A stretch of DNA of 64,000 bases from Candidatus Binatia bacterium (GTDB lineage: Bacteria; Desulfobacterota; Binatia; HRBIN30). Positions within the stretch are counted from its first letter, which is position 1; each line of letters starts with the position of its first letter. Shown here one piece after another: positions 19,299 to 30,860 of this stretch. A model generated the notes under the pieces. The model was not told the origin of the DNA, made no database searches, and was given only the letters and a program-made list of their open reading frames with translations. Location: contig JBBRSP010000003.1 in NCBI GenBank assembly GCA_038245295.1, positions 288,001 through 352,000 on the forward strand, written 5' to 3'. The position numbers and the translations under genes are program-made.

Positions 19299-20009
19299 AT
19301 GCGTATTTTCAAACGGATGATGGGATTGCTGCGCGGCCGTTTGCGGCAATGGGTCGGGACGCGGGAGAAGCACAACCCCGACGCCGTCTACGAAGAAGCA
19401 ATCGCCGATCGCTTGTCGCAGTATGAGCGGCTGCGCGAAGCGGCGGCTGGAATTCTGTACATGCGTAGCAAGCTCGCCAAGGAACTCGATCTGAAGAGCG
19501 CCGAGGTGCGGCGTGTCTCCTCGCAGCTGGCCGTCGCCGTCGATGGTGATGAGGATGACGTCGCGCTGGCGCTGATCCAACGGCGCGATCATCTCAACAG
19601 CGAGATCGATCGGCTGACCGGAGAGCTGAACGACGTCAGCAGCGAAGCCGAGGTCGCCAAGAAGAATCTTGCCTCGTTCCACGAGGAGATCACACGTCTG
19701 CGTGACGAGAAGACGCGGATGATGGCGCGGCTTGCCAACGCCCAGGCACGCCTGCGTTTTCAGTCGACATTGTCGGGTCTGTCACCCGAGGCAGATATCC
19801 AGGCCCTCGAAGCGGTGCGCGAACACGTGCACAAGGTGATGACGCAGGCCCAGATGGGCCGTGAACTCGGCGATGCTGATCTGGAACACCGCTTGAACGC
19901 TGTCCGTGACGCCGAGGCCGACGCAGCCGCACGCGCTCAACTGCAAGAGCTCAAGCGCTCGCGCCGCCGCTCGCTGGTTCCGCTCGTGATGACAAGCCAG
20001 CCTTCTTAG
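19299..20009 (+). CDS. PspA/IM30 family protein
   Basis: N-terminal amphipathic MRIFKRMMGLL, EKHNPDAVYEEAI, GDEDDVALALI, long coiled coil, ARAQLQELK. Confidence 0.85.
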   Translation: MRIFKRMMGLLRGRLRQWVGTREKHNPDAVYEEAIADRLSQYERLREAAAGILYMRSKLAKELDLKSAEVRRVSSQLAVAVDGDEDDVALALIQRRDHLNSEIDRLTGELNDVSSEAEVAKKNLASFHEEITRLRDEKTRMMARLANAQARLRFQSTLSGLSPEADIQALEAVREHVHKVMTQAQMGRELGDADLEHRLNAVRDAEADAAARAQLQELKRSRRRSLVPLVMTSQPS

Positions 20010-20019
20010 GCTGGAAGGT

Positions 20020-20658
20020 TTACCGGGCTCGTGTTCGACGCGGCTTCGAAGCTTGGACAGTGGCCGCGGCAGGCGCGGCCACCGCTGTCGGTAGGTGTTC
20101 CCAGCCGAGCAGCTGGCGGAAGTGCAGCCCGGCCCAGATCATGAACGGGAAGATCTGCGCGTCCATGGTCATCGTGAAGTTGGTCGCCATGGCGTAAAAG
20201 AAGCGCGCCCACGGCGCGAACTGCTGCGGTGCCCACTGGTTCGAATAGAAGAATTTTATCGCCAAGATGACGTCGAGCACCTGCAAACTGAGGGCGATCA
20301 ACAACCCGAGACCGACGCGCTTGAATTTCAGCCCCCAGGTTAGCGCCGGGGTTGCCAGTATCAGCGGGATCAGGAGGACCAGATTGGCCTGAATCCAGTC
20401 GGCCTCGATGGTTGGTGCTTGCGGACCGCGCGGAATGACGCGCGGCCAGAACTTGATGCCCTTGCCCTCGCCCCAGACCTCGGTGACTTGATGCCAGTTG
20501 CGATCCGACGATAACTCGACGCCGCGAATCGCCACGTTGACCACGCCGCCCAGGAATCGCGTGTAGTACGGCGCCAGATACTGCCAGGCGATGTACGTCA
20601 GGATCAGCGCCGGCAGTAGCCGGGCCAGGAACATCCCCGGCTTAATGCCCAGGTGCAT
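20020..20658 (-). CDS. exosortase-associated membrane protein
   Basis: Multi-TM (NLVLLIPLILATP...FPFMIW) directly after the exosortase; start could be 20658 or 20634. Confidence 0.7.
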   Translation of the reverse strand: MHLGIKPGMFLARLLPALILTYIAWQYLAPYYTRFLGGVVNVAIRGVELSSDRNWHQVTEVWGEGKGIKFWPRVIPRGPQAPTIEADWIQANLVLLIPLILATPALTWGLKFKRVGLGLLIALSLQVLDVILAIKFFYSNQWAPQQFAPWARFFYAMATNFTMTMDAQIFPFMIWAGLHFRQLLGWEHLPTAVAAPAAATVQASKPRRTRAR

Positions 20659-21184
20659 TGGCGAAACGGCCTGCCCAGAAGAGCCACGTGGCGATCGCAA
20701 TGGCGACGACGATCGATTGGGCGACGTAGACGTGGGTGTCGTGAAAATACTGATTGGCGAAGAGGCCGATCAGGAAGAGGCTGATGACACGCACGATGTT
20801 GAAGGAGTGGATGACGACGAAACCGAGGCCCATTCCGATGAAACGCGCGCGCCACGATGCCGGATAGGCACACACGGCGGCAAAGTAGATTGCTGTAGGC
20901 ACGGCCCCGGAACACGCTTCGCTGACCTCGACGATGAAGTCCCCGGACGACATCCGCGTGCCGTCGACCAACAACGGGAAATGCATCGGACCGGACAGCA
21001 GCTGCAAAAATCCCCCGGCGACCCAAGCCGCCAATCGGGCCATGCCCCACGCGAGGTTCATCCGGTTGGCGATCGGCGCGTAATCCGTCGCCATGAAGAA
21101 GGCGAAGATCAAACCCATGAACGTTGCCACCACGCGGATGGTCGGCCACATTTCGAGAAAACGCTTACGCAAAAAGTTCAGCAT
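20642..21184 (-). CDS. exosortase/archaeosortase family protein (XrtH-like)
   Basis: Cys-Arg-His triad in VSEACSG, NIVRVISL and FHDTHVY; AYPASWRAR. Confidence 0.82.
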   Translation of the reverse strand: MLNFLRKRFLEMWPTIRVVATFMGLIFAFFMATDYAPIANRMNLAWGMARLAAWVAGGFLQLLSGPMHFPLLVDGTRMSSGDFIVEVSEACSGAVPTAIYFAAVCAYPASWRARFIGMGLGFVVIHSFNIVRVISLFLIGLFANQYFHDTHVYVAQSIVVAIAIATWLFWAGRFANAPGH

Positions 21185-21233
21185 GGTTCAGGAACGCGAC
21201 GCGAGTGTGGCGACGGGCCTCGGTGAAGTCAAT

Positions 21234-21362
21234 GTCATTTGGCCATTTGGTCATTTGGCCATCTAGTCATTTAGCCATTTAGCCATTTGGTCGGCTGGTC
21301 AAGGTGGCGTACGCGAGGCATCGGCGGCGCAAGAGGGCCATTTGGCAAAATGGCAAAATGAC
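21234..21362. repeat. 8-bp tandem repeat with inverted copies
   Basis: Seven units of GYCATYTR at 21234-21289; inverted AAAATGGC and AAAATGAC at 21347-21362. Confidence 0.8.
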
Positions 21363-21412
21363 CAGTCGGCCCGATGACCAGGCGGCAAAATGTCTCTAAT
21401 GTCGTTCCCCGC

Positions 21413-23989
21413 ATGATGGTCCTCTCTGCTGTTCGCCGCTTTGTCGGCTTTGTGGCCGCCGCTCTCGTCGTGGCTCTGTGTGCCGGCGCTGTAGCGGGGT
21501 ATCTGGCGATCCAGGGGCTGAACCTCTCCCTGCTGCGGCGGGCCGCTTCCTTCGTCGGGACGCTGACGGCGGGACAGCGCGTCGAACGTCTCAAGCTCGA
21601 CGTCAACGCCAATCCGGCGACGTCGGAATTGTCGGTCACCGCAACCGTCAACGTGCGTGCCACGGCCGGTGAACGTAGTCGCCTGTATTTCCTGCTCAAC
21701 GACGGACTACGCATTCGTTCAGCCCAACGCACTCTGAACAGCGGTGTGTCCGTGCCCTTGCGTACCTACCAGGCTGCCGTGCTCGCTGTGGTGGTTCTCG
21801 ACCCACCCCTGCAGAAAGATGAGACCACCGAATTGGTTTTCGACTATGCCGGTAAGCTCGACCTGACGCGCCTCGGCGAAGCCGGTGATCGCAGCGGGAA
21901 AGAGTTCATCCTCGGGCCGGAGGCGTTCTGGTACCCCCTCGACGGCGAGAGCTTCTTCGACGCGGACGTCCAGGTCACTACGCCAAAGCCATTTGTTGTT
22001 GCCTACAACGGTGTGCCGATCGATGAATCCGAGCGCGGACTGTTGCGACGTGTGCATTGGCGCAGCGAGCGCCCCGTGTCCGGTCTTTCGCTGATCGCGG
22101 GCGACTATCGTCTCGACGAACGCGAAGCGGACGGCGTCACTCTGCGCCTGTACCAAGCGTCTGACGTCCAACTCGATACCAACGCGACCCTCGATCGGAT
22201 GGAACGAGCCCGGCAACTCCTTGTCGAACGTCTCGGGCCGAGTGGGTTCCGGCGCACGACAATCTTTGCGACTCGGGCGATCCGCCGCGGCTTCAACGAC
22301 GGGACCGGCTTGATCGGTTTATCGCTCCGCTACTTCCGGCAGTCCGACCAAGGCTTCGCCCTGATCGCGCACGAGATGGCGCATGACTGGTGGGGTGGGA
22401 CCGTCGCCGGTCATTGGCTCTCCGGGCAATCCGGCGGCCAATGGATTGTCGAAGGCATGGCGGAGTTCTCGAGCCTGGCGGTCGCCGAAACGGAATACGG
22501 ACCGCGCGCCATGCAGCAGCGCTTGCCACAAGAGTTCTTCGATCCGCAACGTCAACGCGCCGTCAGCTCGATGACCGTGCTGGATAACCTCCTGGATGAA
22601 GAGGTCGCGCGCGACACGATTTATCGAAAGGGCTCGTATGTCGCGACCCTGCTGCGCCGGCAGCTCGGTGACGACGCGATGTTCCAAGGCTTACGAGAGT
22701 TCCTCCAGAAGCACCGCTTTTCGCACGCCACGGATGGTGAACTGCAAGCAGCGCTCGAAGGCGACACCCCAGGGAAATTGGAGCCGTTCTTCGCCGACTG
22801 GCTGCGCTCGGCCAAGCTGCTCGACTTGTCCATCGAACCCAAGAGCCCGAGCGAAGTAACAATCGCCAATCTCGGCAAGGTCACGGCACCGGCAGCTGTC
22901 GATGTTCTGATCACGTTCAAAGACGGCGCCGAGCCGGAGCACCGCACGGTAGCGGTAGGCGACACCTTGGGGATCGACGCGAACACGGCTTCGATCAGCC
23001 TCGATCCGCAACTGATCTGGCCCGATGTGACGCGCGAGAACAATCGTTTCCCCCGTCGCGAGGACCCGTTGGCGCTGGCCGTCTCGGCCAAAGGCACGAT
23101 CGCCGTGGCGCGCGGGAGTCTGTTGCCGTGGGAGCGGGCGGCGATCGATCTTCCGAGCGGCGATCCCAGCCAGCGACATAGTTGGACACTCGAGCGCGGG
23201 CTCGTGCAGGTGCCGACGTGGGATGCCGGCGGACAAGCCCTCGTCGCCAGCGTGTCGGATCCCGATGCGCCATGGCCCAGCATCGTTGTACTGTCGTCAA
23301 CTGGAGCGCGTCGCGAGCTTGGACACGGCACGTCTCCCGCGATCACACCGAACGGCGAAGTGTGGGCCGGGCAGGGCGACAAGCTCGTACACTTTGACGC
23401 GCAGGGAGTTGCGGAGCCGATCGTACAACGGGCACGGCGTGTGCTCGATCAACCGTGGCCGTCGCCCGATGGCGAAGCCGTCGCCTACACCTCGAGCCTC
23501 GGTAATTCGTTGGACCTGCGCTTGCGCAGCCACGGCGACGATCGGGTTCTCCTGTCCTGGGACCGTGATCGGCTATCCTGCCGCTGGGCGACGGACGCGA
23601 AGCGCTTGTACTGCCTGATCGGCGGTCAGGCCGACTGGCAAATCTGGGAGATCGCGATCGACGGCAGCGCCGTTCGTGTATTGGTCCGCGAGGCGACCGC
23701 CATCGGCGATCTGGCAGTTTCGCCCGACGGCAAGCGGCTGGCATTTACCGCGGCCGAACAGAGCAGCTATCCGGAGACACGGCGCGAATTGTATGTCCTG
23801 CAACTCGATACCCGGTCTGTGGCAACCTTCGACGCACCGGCGCAGGATTTGTCGCGCTTGGTATGGAACGGCGACGACCAGATTCTGGTCATCGCCTCGG
23901 AAGCCGAGCCACTCTCGTATCCGGCGCGCCGCAGCGTCCTGGCGCTTTCGCCGAGCGAAGGCCATTTCGTGGAGTGGACAGCCCACTAG
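21413..23989 (+). CDS. membrane-anchored M1-family metallopeptidase with C-terminal PD40/TolB-like propeller
   Basis: AHEMAHDWWG...WIVEGMAE (HExxH-x18-E), IYRKG, and SPDG repeats. Confidence 0.85.
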   Translation: MMVLSAVRRFVGFVAAALVVALCAGAVAGYLAIQGLNLSLLRRAASFVGTLTAGQRVERLKLDVNANPATSELSVTATVNVRATAGERSRLYFLLNDGLRIRSAQRTLNSGVSVPLRTYQAAVLAVVVLDPPLQKDETTELVFDYAGKLDLTRLGEAGDRSGKEFILGPEAFWYPLDGESFFDADVQVTTPKPFVVAYNGVPIDESERGLLRRVHWRSERPVSGLSLIAGDYRLDEREADGVTLRLYQASDVQLDTNATLDRMERARQLLVERLGPSGFRRTTIFATRAIRRGFNDGTGLIGLSLRYFRQSDQGFALIAHEMAHDWWGGTVAGHWLSGQSGGQWIVEGMAEFSSLAVAETEYGPRAMQQRLPQEFFDPQRQRAVSSMTVLDNLLDEEVARDTIYRKGSYVATLLRRQLGDDAMFQGLREFLQKHRFSHATDGELQAALEGDTPGKLEPFFADWLRSAKLLDLSIEPKSPSEVTIANLGKVTAPAAVDVLITFKDGAEPEHRTVAVGDTLGIDANTASISLDPQLIWPDVTRENNRFPRREDPLALAVSAKGTIAVARGSLLPWERAAIDLPSGDPSQRHSWTLERGLVQVPTWDAGGQALVASVSDPDAPWPSIVVLSSTGARRELGHGTSPAITPNGEVWAGQGDKLVHFDAQGVAEPIVQRARRVLDQPWPSPDGEAVAYTSSLGNSLDLRLRSHGDDRVLLSWDRDRLSCRWATDAKRLYCLIGGQADWQIWEIAIDGSAVRVLVREATAIGDLAVSPDGKRLAFTAAEQSSYPETRRELYVLQLDTRSVATFDAPAQDLSRLVWNGDDQILVIASEAEPLSYPARRSVLALSPSEGHFVEWTAH

Positions 23990-24007
23990 CGTGGACCGTA
24001 CGCCCGC

Positions 24008-25117
24008 CTAGCGGCGCGGTGCCGCCGTCTGCTCGATGATTCGCTCGAGGTCCTGAACCAGCAGTGCGAGGGTGCGAGGATCATCGGCGCACAGGTTGAC
24101 GTGCCCGAGCTTGCGGCCGGCCCGAGGCTCCTTGCCGTAGAGGTGAAGGTGGGCGCCCGGCAGTGACAGAACTTCCGAGGTGCTGGGCACGCTGCCGACG
24201 AGATTCAGCATGGCGGCGCAGCCAACTGCCTCGGTGCCGCCGAGGGGCCAGCCGAGAATGGCCCGCAAATGATTCTCGAACTGACTCGTCTCTGAGCCAT
24301 CCATCGTCCAATGTCCTGAGTTGTGTACGCGGGGCGCCATCTCGTTGGCGAGCAGCGTGCCGTCGAGGTCGAAGAACTCGATCGCCAGGACTCCGACATA
24401 GTGAAGCGCGTCGAGCAAATGCGCCGCGTGGGCATCGACCGCCTGCGTAGTCGCCGTCGACAGATTGGCCGCCGGGGCCAGTGATCGATGCAGGATGCCA
24501 CCGCGATGCTCGTTCTCCACCAAGGGATAGAAGACGCTCGGACCCGATCGTGAGCGCACGGCCAAAACGGAAATCTCGCGTTTGAAAGGGACAAACGCTT
24601 CGAGGATCAACGGCGCAGCGCCCAATTCCTGCCAGGCGGCGTCGATGTCGCTCGCCTCGCGCAAGACTCGTTGGCCCTTGCCGTCGTAGCCGAGGCGGCG
24701 CGTCTTCAGCACCGCCGGCAAGCCGATCGAGCTGAGCGCATCCAGCAACTCGGCATGTGAGTCGACTGCGGCGAAGGCGGGCGTCGGGATGCCGAGGCGC
24801 CTGAACATCGTCTTCTCGGCCAGACGGTCTTGCGCCACATCGAGTGCTTCAGGCGGAGGAAACACAGGGATCCACGTGGCAAGATGGCGCGGCGCTTCCA
24901 CCGGCACGTTTTCAAATTCGTAGGTCACGACATCCACCGCGGCGGCGAGGCGGTCGAGTGCGGCGCGATCATCGAACGGCGCCTTGATGCGATCGGCAAG
25001 ACCGTCGGTGGGCGCGTCCTCAACGGGGTCGAGGAAGAGGAATTCCAGGCCTAGCGGGTAGCCGGCCAGAGCCAACATGCGGCCGAGCTGGCCCGCTCCG
25101 AGGACTCCAACGCGCAT
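24008..25117 (-). CDS. purK: N5-CAIR synthetase
   Basis: GAGQLGRM, TYEFENV, GYDGKGQ, NEMAPRVHNSGH and GRKLGH. Confidence 0.97.
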   Translation of the reverse strand: MRVGVLGAGQLGRMLALAGYPLGLEFLFLDPVEDAPTDGLADRIKAPFDDRAALDRLAAAVDVVTYEFENVPVEAPRHLATWIPVFPPPEALDVAQDRLAEKTMFRRLGIPTPAFAAVDSHAELLDALSSIGLPAVLKTRRLGYDGKGQRVLREASDIDAAWQELGAAPLILEAFVPFKREISVLAVRSRSGPSVFYPLVENEHRGGILHRSLAPAANLSTATTQAVDAHAAHLLDALHYVGVLAIEFFDLDGTLLANEMAPRVHNSGHWTMDGSETSQFENHLRAILGWPLGGTEAVGCAAMLNLVGSVPSTSEVLSLPGAHLHLYGKEPRAGRKLGHVNLCADDPRTLALLVQDLERIIEQTAAPRR

Positions 25118-25629
25118 CAGGCGATTCGCGGGTCGGGAGATTTCAGTACCGAGCGAGTTTGTTTCGCCCGGAAGGCGCGTAGGGCCTTTGCGTGGCCGGC
25201 GTGTTTGCGGCCGAGGATGGCGGTGGCCAAGAGCGCCGCGTTGATGGCGCCGGCCTTGCCGATGGCAAGGGTGGCGACCGGGATACCTGCGGGCATCTGA
25301 ACGATCGACAGCAGAGAGTCGACGCCGCGCAGGCTCTTCGACTCGACCGGTACGCCGAGCACCGGGAGAATGGTCTTTGCCGCGGCCATCCCCGGCAGAT
25401 GCGCCGCACCGCCGGCGCCGGCAATGATGACATCAATGCCACGCCCCTCGGCGGTCGAAGCATATTCGAAAAGCAGGTCGGGAGTGCGGTGTGCCGACAC
25501 GACGCGCACCTCGTACGGAACGCCGAGCGAGTCCAGCATTTCCGCCGCATGCTGCATCGTCTCCCAATCGGAGCGAGAACCCATGATGATGCCGACGAGT
25601 GGCTTCGGCGCGGCCGGTTTGGCTGGCAT
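25117..25629 (-). CDS. purE: N5-CAIR mutase
   Basis: [14 protein letters not shown] and [12 protein letters not shown]. Confidence 0.97.
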   Translation of the reverse strand: MPAKPAAPKPLVGIIMGSRSDWETMQHAAEMLDSLGVPYEVRVVSAHRTPDLLFEYASTAEGRGIDVIIAGAGGAAHLPGMAAAKTILPVLGVPVESKSLRGVDSLLSIVQMPAGIPVATLAIGKAGAINAALLATAILGRKHAGHAKALRAFRAKQTRSVLKSPDPRIA

Positions 25630-25766
25630 CTGCGGGCTGTAGCAAGGCCGAGCGCGGCAACGCAACGGACGCAGGGAAAATCGCATCATCCCTTGCCCGT
25701 TGCCCAGGTTCCAACGGTGCCGGGCAACGGCAAGGGCACGGGCGAGTGGTGGTGTTTCGACGCGCT

Positions 25767-27482
25767 TTACTTGGCCAAATCACGCCGGACAGCGGTCACC
25801 AGCGTCTCGACCGCGTTGGCGATTGGCAGGTCGTCCGCCTTGGCTTCGCGGCGCGGTTTGAACTCGACCGCGTTACGCTCGAGTGCCTTGGCCCCGACGT
25901 TCACGCGGTACGGGATGCCGATCAAATCGGCATCCTTGAACTTGATTCCGGGGCGCTCTTCGCGATCGTCGAGCAACACCTCGATCCCCGCGGCCAGGAG
26001 GTCGTTGTAGAGCGTGTCGGCCGCGTTGCGGACATTCTCGTCGGTGCCAACCTGGACGATATGTACATGCGCCGGGGCGAGAGCGGTCGGCCAGATGATG
26101 CCGTTGTTGTCGTGATTCTGTTCGATGGCGGCGGCGGCGGTGCGCGTGATGCCGATGCCGTAACAGCCCATCTCCATCGGCGTTTCCTGTCCGGCGGCAT
26201 CGAGGAACGTGCACTTCATTGGGGCGCTGTACTTGGTGCCGAGATAGAAGATGTTGCCCACCTCGATGCCGCGGTTGGCGTCGAAGTTGCCGGAGGAGCA
26301 ACGCGGACACGGATCGCCGGCACGCGCCAGGCGTAGATCGGCGTAGGTGACCCCGGCGAGATCTCGTTGGGCGTCGACGTCGGTTAAATGGTGATCGGTC
26401 TCGTTCGCCCCGACCACCGCCGAACGCAGATGCTGAACCGCTTCGTCGGCGACGACGCGGGCCTTCAGACCGATCGGCCCGGCGAAGCCAACCGCCGCTC
26501 CGGTGAGTTTCTCGACCGTCTCCGGGTCGGCCATGGCGACCCACTCGACGCCGAGCATCGTACGCAACTTGATTTCGCTGATTTCGTGGTCGCCGCGGAC
26601 CAGGGCAGCAACCGTTTCGCCACGGTTGGTCAGATAGAGCAGCGTCTTGATGAAGCGCTCGGGTGGCTCGGAAAGGAAGGCCGAGACCTCCTCGATCGTG
26701 CGCTTGCCCGGAGTGCGGACCTTTTTGAGCGGACTCGCCGTGGCGGCCACCGGGCTGCGCGTCGCACCGATCTCCGCCTTTTCCACGTTGGCCGCATACT
26801 CGCAGGCGTTGCAGCTGACGATGGCATCCTCGCCCGAGTCGGCAAGCACCTGGAACTCGTGCGCGCGTCGTCCGCCGATGGCGCCGGTATCGGATTCGAC
26901 CATGCGCGTCGACAGACCGCAGCGCTCGAAGATCCGGCGGTAGGTTTTCGCCATCACCTCATATTCGCGGTTGCAGTCGTCGGAGTCGGCGTGGAACGAA
27001 TACGCGTCCTTCATGATGAATTCGCGACCGCGCATCAGCCCGAAGCGCGGACGCATCTCATCGCGAAACTTGGATTGGACCTGGTACAGATTGATCGGCA
27101 ACTCGCGGTAACTGCGCACGTCGCGACGCACCAGGTCGGTCACGACCTCTTCGTGTGTCGGGCCGAAGCAGAAGTCGCGTTCGTAGCGATCCTTCATGCG
27201 CAATAATTCCTTGCCGTATTTGTCCCAGCGCCCGCTCTCCTGCCAGAGCTCGGCAGGGCAGATCGCCGGCATCAGGATCTCCTGCGCCCCGGAACGGTCC
27301 ATCTCTTCGCGCACGATCTGCTCGACCTTGCGCACGACGCGCAGCCCGAGCGGCAAGAAGTCGTAAATGCCGCGCGCCACCTGGCGAATCATGCCGGCTC
27401 GCACCATCAGCTTGTGGCTGACGACTTCCGCGTCGGAGGGCTCTTGCTTCAATGTGGGGATCAACGAATTCCGGTAACGCAT
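25767..27482 (-). CDS. proS: proline--tRNA ligase
   Basis: [23 protein letters not shown], editing insertion, MGCYGIG. Confidence 0.98.
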   Translation of the reverse strand: MRYRNSLIPTLKQEPSDAEVVSHKLMVRAGMIRQVARGIYDFLPLGLRVVRKVEQIVREEMDRSGAQEILMPAICPAELWQESGRWDKYGKELLRMKDRYERDFCFGPTHEEVVTDLVRRDVRSYRELPINLYQVQSKFRDEMRPRFGLMRGREFIMKDAYSFHADSDDCNREYEVMAKTYRRIFERCGLSTRMVESDTGAIGGRRAHEFQVLADSGEDAIVSCNACEYAANVEKAEIGATRSPVAATASPLKKVRTPGKRTIEEVSAFLSEPPERFIKTLLYLTNRGETVAALVRGDHEISEIKLRTMLGVEWVAMADPETVEKLTGAAVGFAGPIGLKARVVADEAVQHLRSAVVGANETDHHLTDVDAQRDLAGVTYADLRLARAGDPCPRCSSGNFDANRGIEVGNIFYLGTKYSAPMKCTFLDAAGQETPMEMGCYGIGITRTAAAAIEQNHDNNGIIWPTALAPAHVHIVQVGTDENVRNAADTLYNDLLAAGIEVLLDDREERPGIKFKDADLIGIPYRVNVGAKALERNAVEFKPRREAKADDLPIANAVETLVTAVRRDLAK

Positions 27483-27614
27483 AGTGGCGCGGAACCTAGT
27501 TGCGCCGCGGCGGTGGGGTCAAGGGACGTTCGACGATTGTGTCCGACGAAAGCGTGCTCCGACCCCAATTGGCGTGCCGGTATCGAACTGATATAGCCCC
27601 AGCGTTGCATCCAT

Positions 27615-28352
27615 ATGGTTTCTGACGTCATCGCCATCATTCCGGCTCGCTACGAGTCTACCCGTCTCCCTGGAAAACCTCTCGCCGACATTGCCGGCAA
27701 GCCGATGATCCAGCACGTGTACGAGCGCGCCGCCGCCGTCCGGTCGATTGCCCGGGTAATTGTCGCGACCGACGACGCGCGTATCCAAAAGACCGTGCAA
27801 GGATTTGGCGGCGAGGCATTCATGACCGGCACCCAGCACGTGTCGGGCACCGACCGCATCGCCGAGGTGGCCCGCACCCTGGATGCGGAGATTCTTGTGA
27901 ATGTTCAAGGAGACTTGCCGTTTCTGGAAGCCGGGATGGTCGACGACGCGATCGGCGAGCTCCGGGCCGACGACAGTCTGCCCATGAGCACCGTGAAGAC
28001 GGTGATTCGCGATGCCGAGGCGATGAATAACCCCAATGTCGTGAAGGTCGTGACCAACCGCGACGGCGACGCCCTGTATTTTTCACGCAGCCCACTCCCG
28101 TACTGGAGAGGGGTGACAGACGATGGTGTCATGGGATACAAGCACCTCGGTCTATACGGGTACCGACGCGACTTCCTGCTGCGCTTTACCGAACTGCAAC
28201 CAACCCCGCTTGAGTTAGCGGAGAAGTTGGAACAGCTTCGGGCACTGGAGTTTGGTTACCGGATTCGCGTCGTGGAAACCGTCGCTGGGCTTGGTGTGGA
28301 AGTGGATACGCCGGAAGATCTCGAACGCGCTCGTCGCGTCGCGGCGAGCTGA
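27615..28352 (+). CDS. kdsB: CMP-Kdo synthetase
   Basis: IPARYESTRLPGKPL, SGTDR, NVQGD and EKLEQLRAL. Confidence 0.97.
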   Translation: MVSDVIAIIPARYESTRLPGKPLADIAGKPMIQHVYERAAAVRSIARVIVATDDARIQKTVQGFGGEAFMTGTQHVSGTDRIAEVARTLDAEILVNVQGDLPFLEAGMVDDAIGELRADDSLPMSTVKTVIRDAEAMNNPNVVKVVTNRDGDALYFSRSPLPYWRGVTDDGVMGYKHLGLYGYRRDFLLRFTELQPTPLELAEKLEQLRALEFGYRIRVVETVAGLGVEVDTPEDLERARRVAAS

Positions 28353-30023
<1,671 letters not shown>

Positions 30024-30029
30024 GACGGT

Positions 30030-30860
30030 ATGGCACCACAGATTGTCTCCGTCGGGTCGCTCCGCATCGGTGGCGGGCAACCCTTCGCCTTCATCGGTGG
30101 GCCGTGCGTCATCGAGAGTCGCGATCACACCCTGCGACATGCCGAGCGATTGCGCGAGATCACCGCAAAGGTAGGGGTGCCCTTCATCTTCAAGTCGTCC
30201 TTCGACAAAGCCAACCGCACTTCGCTCTCGTCCTATCGCGGCCCCGGTATGGAGGCTGGCCTGAAGATCCTGGAAGAGGTGCGCCGCGAACTGAACGTGC
30301 CTGTCCTCACCGACGTCCACGAGAGCAGCCAGGTCGCTGCGGTCGCGGCGGTCGTTGATGTCCTCCAGACGCCCGCATTCCTCGTACGCCAAACCGACTT
30401 TCTCCTCGACGTCGCCGCCGCCGGCAAGGTCGTGAACATCAAAAAGGGTCAGTTCGTAGCACCGTGGGACATGGGGCCGGTTTTGGAAAAGGTGGCCAGC
30501 ACCGGCAACCGCCAGATCATGGTTACCGAGCGCGGCTATGCATTCGGGTACAACAACCTGGTGGCCGATATGCGTTCGTTGGCGGTAATGGCCGACTTCG
30601 GTTTCCCGGTCATCTACGATGCCGGTCACAGTGTGCAGCTGCCGGGCGGCCAGGGCGGTTCGTCTGGTGGCCAGCGGCAGTACATTCGCAGCCTGGCGCG
30701 GGCTGCGGTGGCCACACGCGTTGATGCACTCTTTCTGGAAGTTCATGAAGACCCCGACCATGCCAAGAGCGACGGGCCGAACTCGTATCGTCTCGACGAA
30801 ATCGGCACTCTCCTCGCCGAACTGAAACGGATCGATGCCGTCGTCAAAGAATCCGCGTAA
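30030..30860 (+). CDS. kdsA: KDO8P synthase
   Basis: GPCVIES, KSSFDKANRTS, KKGQF and SDG. Confidence 0.97.
   Translation: MAPQIVSVGSLRIGGGQPFAFIGGPCVIESRDHTLRHAERLREITAKVGVPFIFKSSFDKANRTSLSSYRGPGMEAGLKILEEVRRELNVPVLTDVHESSQVAAVAAVVDVLQTPAFLVRQTDFLLDVAAAGKVVNIKKGQFVAPWDMGPVLEKVASTGNRQIMVTERGYAFGYNNLVADMRSLAVMADFGFPVIYDAGHSVQLPGGQGGSSGGQRQYIRSLARAAVATRVDALFLEVHEDPDHAKSDGPNSYRLDEIGTLLAELKRIDAVVKESA

Noticed and set aside
21234..21289. Possible CRISPR array
   Set aside because: Contiguous 8-mers without spacers, and no cas genes in the window.
25630..25766. Purine-related riboswitch upstream of purE
   Set aside because: Only a hexamer-repeat hairpin is seen; no recognisable aptamer consensus.
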